A stretch of DNA of 48,775 bases, from IMG/VR virus record IMGVR_UViG_3300025875_000045; one strand, 5' to 3'. Below, piece after piece: positions 1 through 8,035 of this stretch; the first letter of the stretch is position 1, and every line of letters begins with the position of its first letter. A program made the translations under genes and the position numbers. Source of the stretch: a virus. Under the pieces are notes generated by a model, which saw only the letters and a program-made list of their open reading frames with translations, made no database searches and was not told where the DNA came from.

Positions 1-127
1 GACCTGTGTTACCACCAGTAGCCGCATTTAGTTTTAAAGCTAAGGCATTAGTAATACTATTTTGTGTCATTGTACCAGTAGTACTTGTACCTGTGGCATC
101 GAATATTAACACCGTACCCCTTAAAGC
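1..127. repeat. Exact 127-bp direct repeat of the contig ends (1..127 identical to 48649..48775); a circular-assembly overlap rather than a biological terminal repeat
   Basis: Base-by-base comparison shows both copies read gacctgtgttaccaccagtagcc...accgtaccccttaaagc. The repeat lies inside a coding frame that stays open across the junction. Confidence 0.95.
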
Positions 128-1189
128 AGATGTAGCCTGTTCTGTATTAGCCTCAAATTTACTCCAATTAGCTGCTGTCTGTGCGGGTGCTGCCACATTA
201 GCATAAAAGCTATCCCCTACATCATATACTTTACCACCCATAGTCCCTGCAACAGAAACGATATATGTATCGCCTCTGCGTATTGCACCACCTGAACCTG
301 TGCCTGTAGTTGGGAAAGTACCTACACTTGCATCCCAGTTTCCTGCTGCCCTGAATACAGATGTTACTAAACCATCCGCATAGGCTTTAGCTGCTTCTAT
401 TGCATCAAATGTACCGTTACTTGATACTGCGTTATTGCTACCATCTGTAGGCACTGAATCTATTGTTTGCGAGGCTGGGATGTCAGATAGAAGGGCAAAA
501 GTTCCTGAATTATCAGGGTATTTATAATTTCTTTGAATAGTCAAGTTATCAATAGCAAAGCTGGCTTGAACTCCTGTGCTTTGATTTGCTAAATTATATC
601 CATCGGTTGTAATATTAAATTGAGAATCCCCTAGTAGAAACTGTAATAGTCCAGAACCAACTGTTATAACACCTGTACTTCCTTGTCCTATATTTAAAAT
701 ACCATCTTCGCAATAAATACTTACACCATCATTAACTATTATATCCCCTGTAACATTACTTCCTACATTAGTTCCTGAAAGGGGAATAAAGTCATTTATT
801 TCATTAACCAAATCCCTTACCCATTCCGTAGTAGCTACACTATTATCGTCAGCGATTGCAGCAGGACTTGGTGTTATCCTTACTATTCCACCATCATCTA
901 CAGTAAGACCTAAACCTAAAACATTTACTAGGTTTATTAGATTACCATTAAACCCTAATTGTAGTCCGTTGCTAGAACCTACTGCAAATCCATCGTTTAC
1001 AGCTACAGCACCGTTGTCTAATGTCTCTTGCAAATCCTGTGAACCACCACCGCCACCACCGTTATTAATCTCTACAACCACACCATCAGATATGCGCCTC
1101 GCAAGTGTTTTTACGGTAGATAAGTCTGAAACTAAGTCAGGTTGTGTATCTATATCTACTTTTCCTATTAATTTTGTTCCTACTGCCAT
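1..1189 (-). CDS. Tail fiber protein, N-terminal part (about 396 codons); the gene continues across the junction into 48188..48775, 549 aa in total
   Basis: My own minus-strand translation from the ATG at 1189 reads MAVGTKLIGKVDIDTQPDLVSDLSTVKTLARRISDGVVVEINNGGGGGGSQDL... and stays open to base 1. After collapsing the overlap, 1189+461 = 1650 nt = 550 codons, in frame with ORF 48188..48760. The TAATG start overlaps the upstream stop. It is the last gene of the tail module. Confidence 0.6.
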   Translation of the reverse strand, partial: MAVGTKLIGKVDIDTQPDLVSDLSTVKTLARRISDGVVVEINNGGGGGGSQDLQETLDNGAVAVNDGFAVGSSNGLQLGFNGNLINLVNVLGLGLTVDDGGIVRITPSPAAIADDNSVATTEWVRDLVNEINDFIPLSGTNVGSNVTGDIIVNDGVSIYCEDGILNIGQGSTGVITVGSGLLQFLLGDSQFNITTDGYNLANQSTGVQASFAIDNLTIQRNYKYPDNSGTFALLSDIPASQTIDSVPTDGSNNAVSSNGTFDAIEAAKAYADGLVTSVFRAAGNWDASVGTFPTTGTGSGGAIRRGDTYIVSVAGTMGGKVYDVGDSFYANVAAPAQTAANWSKFEANTEQATSALRGTVLIFDATGTSTTGTMTQNSITNALALKLNAATGGNTG

Positions 1190-1407
1190 TATATTTCAGG
1201 GTCAAATTCGTTAATAATAGTTGTTGTTATCTTTAGTAGAACTGTTTCAACATCTCCTGAAACTGTTGATGATTGCTCCGATATTTGCACGCCAATAGGC
1301 TGCATTGCCCCATTCCTCTCACGAATACCCAAGAATTTTGTAGGGTCATCGGTTGGCGCTAAATTCCCTATTAAATTAGGGTAGATAATTTTAAAGCTGT
1401 AATCCAT
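1189..1407 (-). CDS. Hypothetical small tail-module protein (72 aa)
   Basis: ORF in the operon. Its stop overlaps the tail-fiber ATG (TAATG). Confidence 0.5.
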   Translation of the reverse strand: MDYSFKIIYPNLIGNLAPTDDPTKFLGIRERNGAMQPIGVQISEQSSTVSGDVETVLLKITTTIINEFDPEI

Positions 1408-1417
1408 TTTAAAATAT

Positions 1418-2224
1418 TTATGTTAAATCATCATCAAATTTCTGTGTAAGGCTCCTATCAAAACTAGATACATCGTTTACGCTACCACCGTTCCATTTAC
1501 CCATAATTAATTCGGGGACTGTTTCGCCAGTTGTATCACTCCATATTAAACAAATATCGCCAATCTCTAAGGCGTATTCTTCTTGATTAAATATAACAGA
1601 ATTATCAATCACAACATAGCCCTTTTTCATAACAGCCACCTCATCATACTTTGGTGGTCTATTAATAAGGTTATAGGGAGATGATAACACAAAACCAGCA
1701 GCCGTACCATCATCATTCTGTAGTGATGAAGTCATAACAATCATACGAGGCGCAAAACCTGTTGACAGATAGTTATCCAAATCCTGTAACTTTAAACTCT
1801 GTGCAGGGTTTTGTGTGGTATTAACAAATTCGCCATTCTCATCTATAACTAAAAATTGACCTTCCCTACCAAAGAATGAGGGTACAGCAACATCTAATAG
1901 TTGCTTAAAGGTAGTAACGCTCCCCGTGCCTTCTCCCGCACTACCTTCGTAAAAACCCTGCGCTACCAAATGACCCTGCATCTCTTGTGCGCTGCTGGGA
2001 TTAATTAAATTGTTAAGCGGTTCTGATTGGTCTATATAGTCTATGTAACCGAAATAAATATCTTCTAACAGTATTGCGCCAGTACGTGTTTTAATCGTTA
2101 AGAAGTCCCCGTTACGTGTACCTGTGTATGCGTTTGCATCGCCCTCTATATCGCCATTGGCTACATACACCCAATAAGAGGGTGCAAGGCGTGTTATCGT
2201 TAAGCTCTCTATTTCTGTTGCCAT
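1418..2224 (-). CDS. Hypothetical tail/baseplate protein (268 aa)
   Basis: Tightly packed ORF in the distal tail module. No motif recognised. Confidence 0.55.
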   Translation of the reverse strand: MATEIESLTITRLAPSYWVYVANGDIEGDANAYTGTRNGDFLTIKTRTGAILLEDIYFGYIDYIDQSEPLNNLINPSSAQEMQGHLVAQGFYEGSAGEGTGSVTTFKQLLDVAVPSFFGREGQFLVIDENGEFVNTTQNPAQSLKLQDLDNYLSTGFAPRMIVMTSSLQNDDGTAAGFVLSSPYNLINRPPKYDEVAVMKKGYVVIDNSVIFNQEEYALEIGDICLIWSDTTGETVPELIMGKWNGGSVNDVSSFDRSLTQKFDDDLT

Positions 2225-2226
2225 AG

Positions 2227-3576
2227 CTATATTGTATAATCGTAAACGTTTGATGTTAAATTTAAAGGCACATATCGCATCCTAAAGTGTATCGGCTCAT
2301 CCTGCATGGTGGATACTACATCTTTAGGGCTTGATATAAATTGAGTAGTATTTAGTACTTCCCATACATCCCCATCTGTTGAGCCTTCAAATACAAATTG
2401 TGTAGTAGGATTAAATCCTTCGTAGGAATACCTGAACCTGTATTTTGTACCATTAGGGTTGTATGAACCCTGTAGGCTTATCACTTCTTCAAGTATTAGC
2501 CTATAAGTAGGTTGTGGCAATTGTACTACGTTACTTTCTGTTTCTGTTGCAGGGTCAACTATCCTGTAAAAGTAATTTTGAGCAACGTTATTAGGAGCGA
2601 ATAAGTTTTGTGGTGGTGTTATGCCCCCTGCTGTTTGTCCTTCAATCCAGTTAACCTGATCCAAGCTATATTGATAGATAAACGTTACAGGGATCATATT
2701 AGCATAGGTAAAAGCTGTAAACGATACATTGTTAATCCCTGTGCTTACTACCGTTGTGAGCGTAATAGTTGGCACTAATACTACGGGAGGTGGTGTAGGT
2801 GCTACATAGAAAGGATTGTAAATGTTATCCTCGTCCCTGCTTAGTAATATTTCTGCATCTGTAAAGTTTTCCTTACCTACTAAACGCCTTGTTTCTAACG
2901 CTTCAAATGGTGTGGTTTTAGCAAAGTCACAATACACATAGTTATGCCGCCTCATTCGCTTAAACTGCCTGAATAAGCCGTACTCAACTACTTTACTTTG
3001 CCATACTTCATAAGGGATTAACTTACTACTCATAGCTACCCGCCTATCATCGCTTACCAAGTCGTAAACATTAACTTCCTCTATATCATCGGCTTGCTTA
3101 TACCATATTTGTAGTTGGGTGGATAGCATTGTTTCGCTTAGTTCATCCCTGTAGTGCCATACGCTAGTGTAGTCTGCATTATCAGCAGTTATCATAAACG
3201 GACTGGAATAGATAAAGTTATTTACTCCCTGCCTTATCTTTAGATATATCATTTGACTGCCAAAGTCTCCAGACATATTCGTTAAGCTCCAATGTATTTG
3301 CGGTAATCCCGTTGCGGGGTCTTGAAAGTTATTTACGATACTAAATGAACTGTTTGCGTTGCCTATTTCCTCATCACACATATTCATTATAAGCACTTCC
3401 TGTATATCTTCTAACTCTATACCCTCGCTTGCATAAGTCCTTTGCGTATATGGATAAAGCTGTTTTGGTAATAGCTGCACACCGTTAAAACTGTAAACGC
3501 TCATATTCGGGCTGTTACGGTAGTACATTGCCTTTTCTAATGAGTTTTCAAGTCTTATAAACGTTGCTTTTTCCAT
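2227..3576 (-). CDS. Hypothetical tail/baseplate protein (449 aa)
   Basis: Long ORF in the tail module. It has a Pro-rich linker (PTPPPVVLVPT) followed by a beta-rich C-terminal half. Confidence 0.6.
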   Translation of the reverse strand: MEKATFIRLENSLEKAMYYRNSPNMSVYSFNGVQLLPKQLYPYTQRTYASEGIELEDIQEVLIMNMCDEEIGNANSSFSIVNNFQDPATGLPQIHWSLTNMSGDFGSQMIYLKIRQGVNNFIYSSPFMITADNADYTSVWHYRDELSETMLSTQLQIWYKQADDIEEVNVYDLVSDDRRVAMSSKLIPYEVWQSKVVEYGLFRQFKRMRRHNYVYCDFAKTTPFEALETRRLVGKENFTDAEILLSRDEDNIYNPFYVAPTPPPVVLVPTITLTTVVSTGINNVSFTAFTYANMIPVTFIYQYSLDQVNWIEGQTAGGITPPQNLFAPNNVAQNYFYRIVDPATETESNVVQLPQPTYRLILEEVISLQGSYNPNGTKYRFRYSYEGFNPTTQFVFEGSTDGDVWEVLNTTQFISSPKDVVSTMQDEPIHFRMRYVPLNLTSNVYDYTI

Positions 3577-3589
3577 ATTTATGATATAC

Positions 3590-3623
3590 TTTGTAAATGT
3601 AAGGAAAATAATTAATATATTTG
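3590..3623 (+). promoter_or_regulatory. Candidate Bacteroidota-type promoter facing away from the tail genes
   Basis: TTTG at 3590-3593 and TATATTTG at 3616-3623. The 22-nt spacer is slightly longer than the 19-21 nt consensus. Confidence 0.4.
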
Positions 3624-3629
3624 CTTCAT

Positions 3630-3740
3630 AGTTAACCGCAACTTAGCTAAGGAAAATATTATAGATGCATGATAAGGGACAGCCTTGTTTCATCTAGTAC
3701 AATCCCCAAAGAAAGTTGCGGTTCTTAGGGGATTTTTTAT
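3630..3740 (+). ncRNA. Candidate structured leader or small RNA (about 105 nt)
   Basis: An 11-bp long-range helix (3634-3644 with 3713-3723) encloses nested helices 3662-3667/3691-3696 and 3674-3677/3683-3686. A terminator hairpin crosses it. No ORF is present. Confidence 0.35.
3701..3740 (+). terminator. Candidate intrinsic terminator
   Basis: aatcccc (3701-3707) pairs with ggggatt (3728-3734) and is followed by ttttatttatttt. The loop is long (20 nt). Confidence 0.4.
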
Positions 3741-3990
3741 TTATTTTCTGTTTTGATTTATGTTCAGGTAAAAAACGAATCAAACTTTACTAGAGATAGT
3801 ATTGGATCGGGCAACTACCTTTATCACAAAGCGGAACGTAAACTAACGCTATGGGTGTAATTCCCTAAAGTTGGCTTAGCATCGTCGAGAACTCAACGGA
3901 AGCAAGTCTAACGTGGTTAGGGTTTAGGGGGTTTTTCTCTAACTACGTTAACTAACACAAACGCCTCAAATCTTACAAAAGCAAGTTGAT

Positions 3991-4164
3991 ATGATAACCA
4001 TACTACACAAAGATATAACCAATACAATATACAGAATATTAGTTATAAACTTACACCATGTAAACGAGCATATTAATTTAGGGTATGAAATTAACGATAA
4101 GCCAATTCAATTTGATAAAATACATGATATTGGAATATGGCACATTACTTGGATTACCCACTAA
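3991..4164 (+). CDS. Hypothetical 57-aa protein (below the ORF-track cutoff)
   Basis: ATG at 3991, TAA at 4162-4164: MITILHKDITNTIYRILVINLHHVNEHINLGYEINDKPIQFDKIHDIGIWHITWITH. It converges on the 877-aa gene and overlaps its end by 11 nt. Confidence 0.25.
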   Translation: MITILHKDITNTIYRILVINLHHVNEHINLGYEINDKPIQFDKIHDIGIWHITWITH

Positions 4165-6787
4165 TATCATACTGGCTTAAAACCATACCCATTTGTACCG
4201 CACTTGTAAAGTTACCGTTATTATTAACCTTAATTCTTTCAAATGATACAGGTGGGTATAATTGCTTACCTGTGCTGTCAAAGAATGTAAAGTAACCGCT
4301 ATCATCAAAGCTAAAGGTAAACCCTGTAGGCTGCACGTTATCGTTAAACATTACAAATTGGTTAGTGGCTATGATATTTATTAGGTAGCGTGTATATTTT
4401 TCCTCAATAGTACATTCTACAACTCCTATTCGTTCATCGGCAGGAAAATCAGCACCGCTCAATGATAGCCATTTGGCATCACGTATATAACCATCTAGTG
4501 GGAATCCATTAGTGTTATACGTGCGTATATATCCCCTTTCAGTCCGTATGGTGTTGCTTAAGTCCAGGAACTCCTGCAACGACATACTAAGCGGCAAAGT
4601 GTACTGGTAAGGCGTTAATATAGCACCTGTAGGGATATAATCTTCGCCCTCACGTATTGGCAATAATCCAGTTTCTTGTGTTATAGCATTCGGATTATTA
4701 ACGTAAAGGGTATTCTTTATAGGCTTATTAGGGTACGGCAAACAAGCCGTTGCTAATTGCTGGTCTCTGTATTTCCTTAATGTCCTTTTTGATGTAAAGC
4801 GTAAATTACCGAAATTATCCCCATCTGCTAATCCCTCTATATTTTCAAAGCCCTCATTAGTTCGTAATACCAAAGTAACGGCAGGGTCAATGTAATATTT
4901 AAAGGTTGTGTTTTCGCTTTCTATGTTCTCTGCCCCCTGTGCTGCAAACAAAGTAAGTACTCTCGGCTCAATGATTGATATAGTATAGATACCCTCGTTT
5001 GCACCGCCAATAATCTGAAACGTACCACCCAAAGCCATGCCTAAACTCTCAAAATTGAAGTTGCCTATATTGGTTAGGATAAGCTTATTGTTTATATCAT
5101 CAAAGGTATGCTGTAACTCAAATATAAGCGTATAATTTCGCCCAGCGGCTAAAGTGGTAACATCAAGTATAACTATCTTTTCATCATCTTGTGTGGCAGC
5201 GGTATTGGTTAAGTCTTGGCTTTTACGCTGCATATCATCAATAAGGAACGGATCACGTATAAAACCCGCCATTGCATCAATAGTATTTGTTGATAGTTCA
5301 TTTGGTAGTACGTGTTCAATGTTGGCATGTACCGTATCAAATGTATTCCCTCTCTCGCTTTCCTTTTGAGCGTAGAAGTTTTTAAACCCTGTTTTTATAG
5401 ACTTAAGGGCATACCTCGGATTTATATTACGGGTAAACGTTTCAAATACTCCTGTATCGCCTTGTATTAACGAGTACTGCCCCATTAGGTAATCCCTGTA
5501 ATATTCGGCATACAAGCCTAAGAATACATTGTTATTGGCATCTATCTCAAAATCCCCGTTTATTTCAGGTCGTATGTGTTCCTCTATAAAGTCTTTAGCT
5601 GATAAAGTAAATGCCTTATCTAGTAACAACCTCATTAAGTTAGAGTTTGTTATGAACTGGTTATAAAACTCTCCACCCTGTTCAAATATAGGTGCAAACG
5701 GGTTTAAGCCGCTTGATGATTGGCATACATACCTAAACGCATCTATATACCTGATACAAGGAACTACGGTAGGTATTGCGGTACTCGTGGCTGTTATATA
5801 TAACCTATCCTCTAAACTAAACTGAATACGGTTAACGGCTGCGTTTTGGCTACCTACCCTGAAATATACCCAAACTTTTGATGTTGATTGTATTTGCGGT
5901 ATGGTGACCTCCATTTCATTAGGCAACTGGAAATCCATGTCGCTTTCCTGATTGGATCCGTTGTACCATACAACCGTTTCGACACCCGAAGCAAATGTTT
6001 GCCCTATTCTGATATACAAACCAAGTGAACCCGCTTTATCTCCTACATCTGTAACCTCATTTGGGCGGTATTTGTAAAGTATATCCGTTACAAACCTGAA
6101 CTTTACATTGTTTAGATTGGATGCAGCTAATAGTATTTGAAATTGTTCCCCGCTATCTGCTGTATTAGTAATCCATGTCAAGCTGTTTTCCACACCCGCC
6201 TCAATCTGCTGCATTATCGGATTAAATTCTACCCCGTTGTCTAATATGGCAAACTCATTGGGTAGAACGTTTACAGGTGGATTAAAATTAAAAGGGGCTA
6301 ATTTGTACTCGCTTTGTTGTATAATTGGCTTAGGTGGCACTAATACCTGTTGTAATGTTGGCGTAACAACAGGAGTACCATCCATTCCTATACCGCTAAA
6401 TAAGTTTTGATGTATGTCGTAGTTTAATTTAAACCTTGCCTCGCTTAATTTCTGTATTACTACAAAACTTATCTCATCATTTCCGTTATAGTTTACATCA
6501 CTTACATTGCCTACTATTTCAGTTCCATTCTCTAAATCTATTATAAGCTCAATCTGCAATTCGTGGTAGTACCTTTCGCTATCCCTTAAAAACTGCTCAA
6601 AGTAAAAGCCATACTTATCCCTCGCTTTAGTAATGGTAAATTTAGCGTCACCATCCCCAGCATATAGCGTATCTCTACCTTTTCTATTTTCCTCTTGCCT
6701 TATTACAAACGGTGTTGCATCAAGTCCAAAAGGCTCATCTATTTGCACTTTGCCTATGCTCTGTAAAAAGTTGAAGAAAAATATCAT
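4154..6787 (-). CDS. Large tail tip/baseplate protein (877 aa)
   Basis: Largest ORF after the tape measure, within the tail module. No catalytic motif recognised. Confidence 0.6.
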   Translation of the reverse strand: MIFFFNFLQSIGKVQIDEPFGLDATPFVIRQEENRKGRDTLYAGDGDAKFTITKARDKYGFYFEQFLRDSERYYHELQIELIIDLENGTEIVGNVSDVNYNGNDEISFVVIQKLSEARFKLNYDIHQNLFSGIGMDGTPVVTPTLQQVLVPPKPIIQQSEYKLAPFNFNPPVNVLPNEFAILDNGVEFNPIMQQIEAGVENSLTWITNTADSGEQFQILLAASNLNNVKFRFVTDILYKYRPNEVTDVGDKAGSLGLYIRIGQTFASGVETVVWYNGSNQESDMDFQLPNEMEVTIPQIQSTSKVWVYFRVGSQNAAVNRIQFSLEDRLYITATSTAIPTVVPCIRYIDAFRYVCQSSSGLNPFAPIFEQGGEFYNQFITNSNLMRLLLDKAFTLSAKDFIEEHIRPEINGDFEIDANNNVFLGLYAEYYRDYLMGQYSLIQGDTGVFETFTRNINPRYALKSIKTGFKNFYAQKESERGNTFDTVHANIEHVLPNELSTNTIDAMAGFIRDPFLIDDMQRKSQDLTNTAATQDDEKIVILDVTTLAAGRNYTLIFELQHTFDDINNKLILTNIGNFNFESLGMALGGTFQIIGGANEGIYTISIIEPRVLTLFAAQGAENIESENTTFKYYIDPAVTLVLRTNEGFENIEGLADGDNFGNLRFTSKRTLRKYRDQQLATACLPYPNKPIKNTLYVNNPNAITQETGLLPIREGEDYIPTGAILTPYQYTLPLSMSLQEFLDLSNTIRTERGYIRTYNTNGFPLDGYIRDAKWLSLSGADFPADERIGVVECTIEEKYTRYLINIIATNQFVMFNDNVQPTGFTFSFDDSGYFTFFDSTGKQLYPPVSFERIKVNNNGNFTSAVQMGMVLSQYDISG

Positions 6788-7140
6788 GGTTTAAAATTAG
6801 GGTATAAGGTGTAGAATATCTTATCAAAAGCCCATCCCGTTAAATATGCCTGTGGCTCATCATTGGATACATCTAAAGATAAGCCTATAAATTGGCATAT
6901 ATGATTAACTACATGAGTAGTTTCATGAGCTATGTATTGTATTTTTATGTCTTTTTCGTGAAAGGCTACATGTATTACATCTTTTATTACAAACACCATT
7001 GCCCCACACCCCGCAAAGTCATTGTTTAGCTTCCCCTCTAACATGAGATTATACTTTTTAACTAAAGTATCCCAATCACTTATCTTTATAACTTTTAGTG
7101 TTATATTGTATAGCGGAACTTTAAATGTCTTTGATACCAT
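6784..7140 (-). CDS. Small putative zinc metallopeptidase (HEXXH), 118 aa
   Basis: HETTH motif (IAHETTHVVNH) with a downstream acidic EPQAY segment. Its stop overlaps the start of the 877-aa gene (ATGA). Confidence 0.45.
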   Translation of the reverse strand: MVSKTFKVPLYNITLKVIKISDWDTLVKKYNLMLEGKLNNDFAGCGAMVFVIKDVIHVAFHEKDIKIQYIAHETTHVVNHICQFIGLSLDVSNDEPQAYLTGWAFDKIFYTLYPNFKP

Positions 7141-7161
7141 AAAAAAAAGTTAGGTAGTTAT

Positions 7162-7169
7162 GCAAATAT
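7162..7169 (-). promoter_or_regulatory. Candidate -7 box for the 118-aa/877-aa tail operon
   Basis: TATATTTG on the minus strand, 21 nt upstream of the ATG at 7140. No clear TTG at -33. Confidence 0.3.
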
Positions 7170-7214
7170 AACCATTTAAAAATAAATGTAAAATATATTT
7201 GATTTTGTGTTGCG

Positions 7215-7274
7215 TATTCAAATATAGTTGTATATTTGTACTCAGATAACAACAACGAAACAATAGAAATTATG
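7215..7274 (+). repeat. Copy A of a perfect 60-bp inverted repeat carrying promoter, 5'UTR and ATG
   Basis: tattcaaatatagttgtatatttgtactcagataacaacaacgaaacaatagaaattatg is identical to the reverse complement of 22079..22138. It contains a TATATTTG -7 box (7231-7238), with TTG at 7210-7212. Confidence 0.9.
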
Positions 7275-7499
7275 AACACTAACTCATTTGATAAAAATTT
7301 CCCATTCTCTAATACCGAAATAAGAATGCTTTATGCTAACGCAGTAATGTTAGATGTAAGTAAATTCGACACACACATAAGCAATCACTTTAGCCCTAAA
7401 GTTTTTGATATATGCAATGAAAGAAAAGTAAGTATAAGGTATGCTTTAGGGCGTGCATATTTTTTAATTACAGGTAAAACACTACAGCCTAATGAATAG
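7272..7499 (+). CDS. Hypothetical protein (75 aa), first gene of the plus-strand cassette
   Basis: Start set at the ATG that ends the conserved leader (MNTNSFDK...). The track start at 7236 lies inside the promoter/5'UTR. Confidence 0.55.
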   Translation: MNTNSFDKNFPFSNTEIRMLYANAVMLDVSKFDTHISNHFSPKVFDICNERKVSIRYALGRAYFLITGKTLQPNE

Positions 7500-7653
7500 T
7501 CATAATCATGCTATATTTTTAATAAGAGAAGAAATAAGACATTTAAATATTATTCTAAAAGGTAGAAAACATTTAGACTATGACAGTTCTAAGGAAATAA
7601 TAAATCTTAAATTAAAAGATTTAATTGAAGCACTAAAAAAACTTGAATTATGA
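7492..7653 (+). CDS. Hypothetical 53-aa protein
   Basis: MNSHNHAIFLIREEIRHLNIILKGRKHLDYDSSKEIINLKLKDLIEALKKLEL. The start overlaps the upstream stop, and the stop overlaps the next start (ATGA). Confidence 0.4.
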   Translation: MNSHNHAIFLIREEIRHLNIILKGRKHLDYDSSKEIINLKLKDLIEALKKLEL

Positions 7654-8024
7654 TTGAACCAAAACATACCATCGGACGATCCAAAACTTCATGCGCTTTA
7701 TGTGGAGAGAAATTAACAGCACCTATATTTTATGATGGTAAAATATACGGATGGTCTTGCATAAAGAAGGTTAATCCAACTCTTAAGAAAAAGAAAACAC
7801 ATTTTGTTGTTGCAGATAGTTTTACAACTACTAAAAATGAAAATGGTAGTATAACTGTGGATGCTGTTTATCAGGGTTCCAATTACAAACCTGTTAAGTT
7901 TTGGGGTGTAATACATTACAGAACCTATATCGACGGCACACCTTGTATAGATGCTAGGGAAGTTCAATTAGTGGATGGCGTTGCTTATATCGACCTTCTA
8001 TGTTTTAAAAAAGGAATTTTTTAA
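7650..8024 (+). CDS. Hypothetical protein (124 aa) with an N-terminal Cys pair cluster
   Basis: CALCGEKL...GWSC suggests a zinc-ribbon-like N-terminus. Confidence 0.5.
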   Translation: MIEPKHTIGRSKTSCALCGEKLTAPIFYDGKIYGWSCIKKVNPTLKKKKTHFVVADSFTTTKNENGSITVDAVYQGSNYKPVKFWGVIHYRTYIDGTPCIDAREVQLVDGVAYIDLLCFKKGIF

Positions 8025-8035
8025 TATATAGACAA

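Noticed and set aside
6-1214. Plus-strand ORFs 6..206 and 969..1214 from the track
   Set aside because: They lie antisense inside the long open minus-strand tail-fiber frame and have low-complexity shadow composition. They are most likely shadow ORFs.
3724-3932. Telomere-like TTAGGG motifs (cttagggga, ggttagggtttaggggg)
   Set aside because: There are only three short occurrences, and they take part in the hairpins described above. This is coincidental resemblance with no tandem array.
3629-3958. MITE-like element bounded by tagttaac... inverted termini
   Set aside because: Only 8 bp (TAGTTAAC) match perfectly between the putative ends, no target-site duplication is visible, and no second copy exists in the genome.
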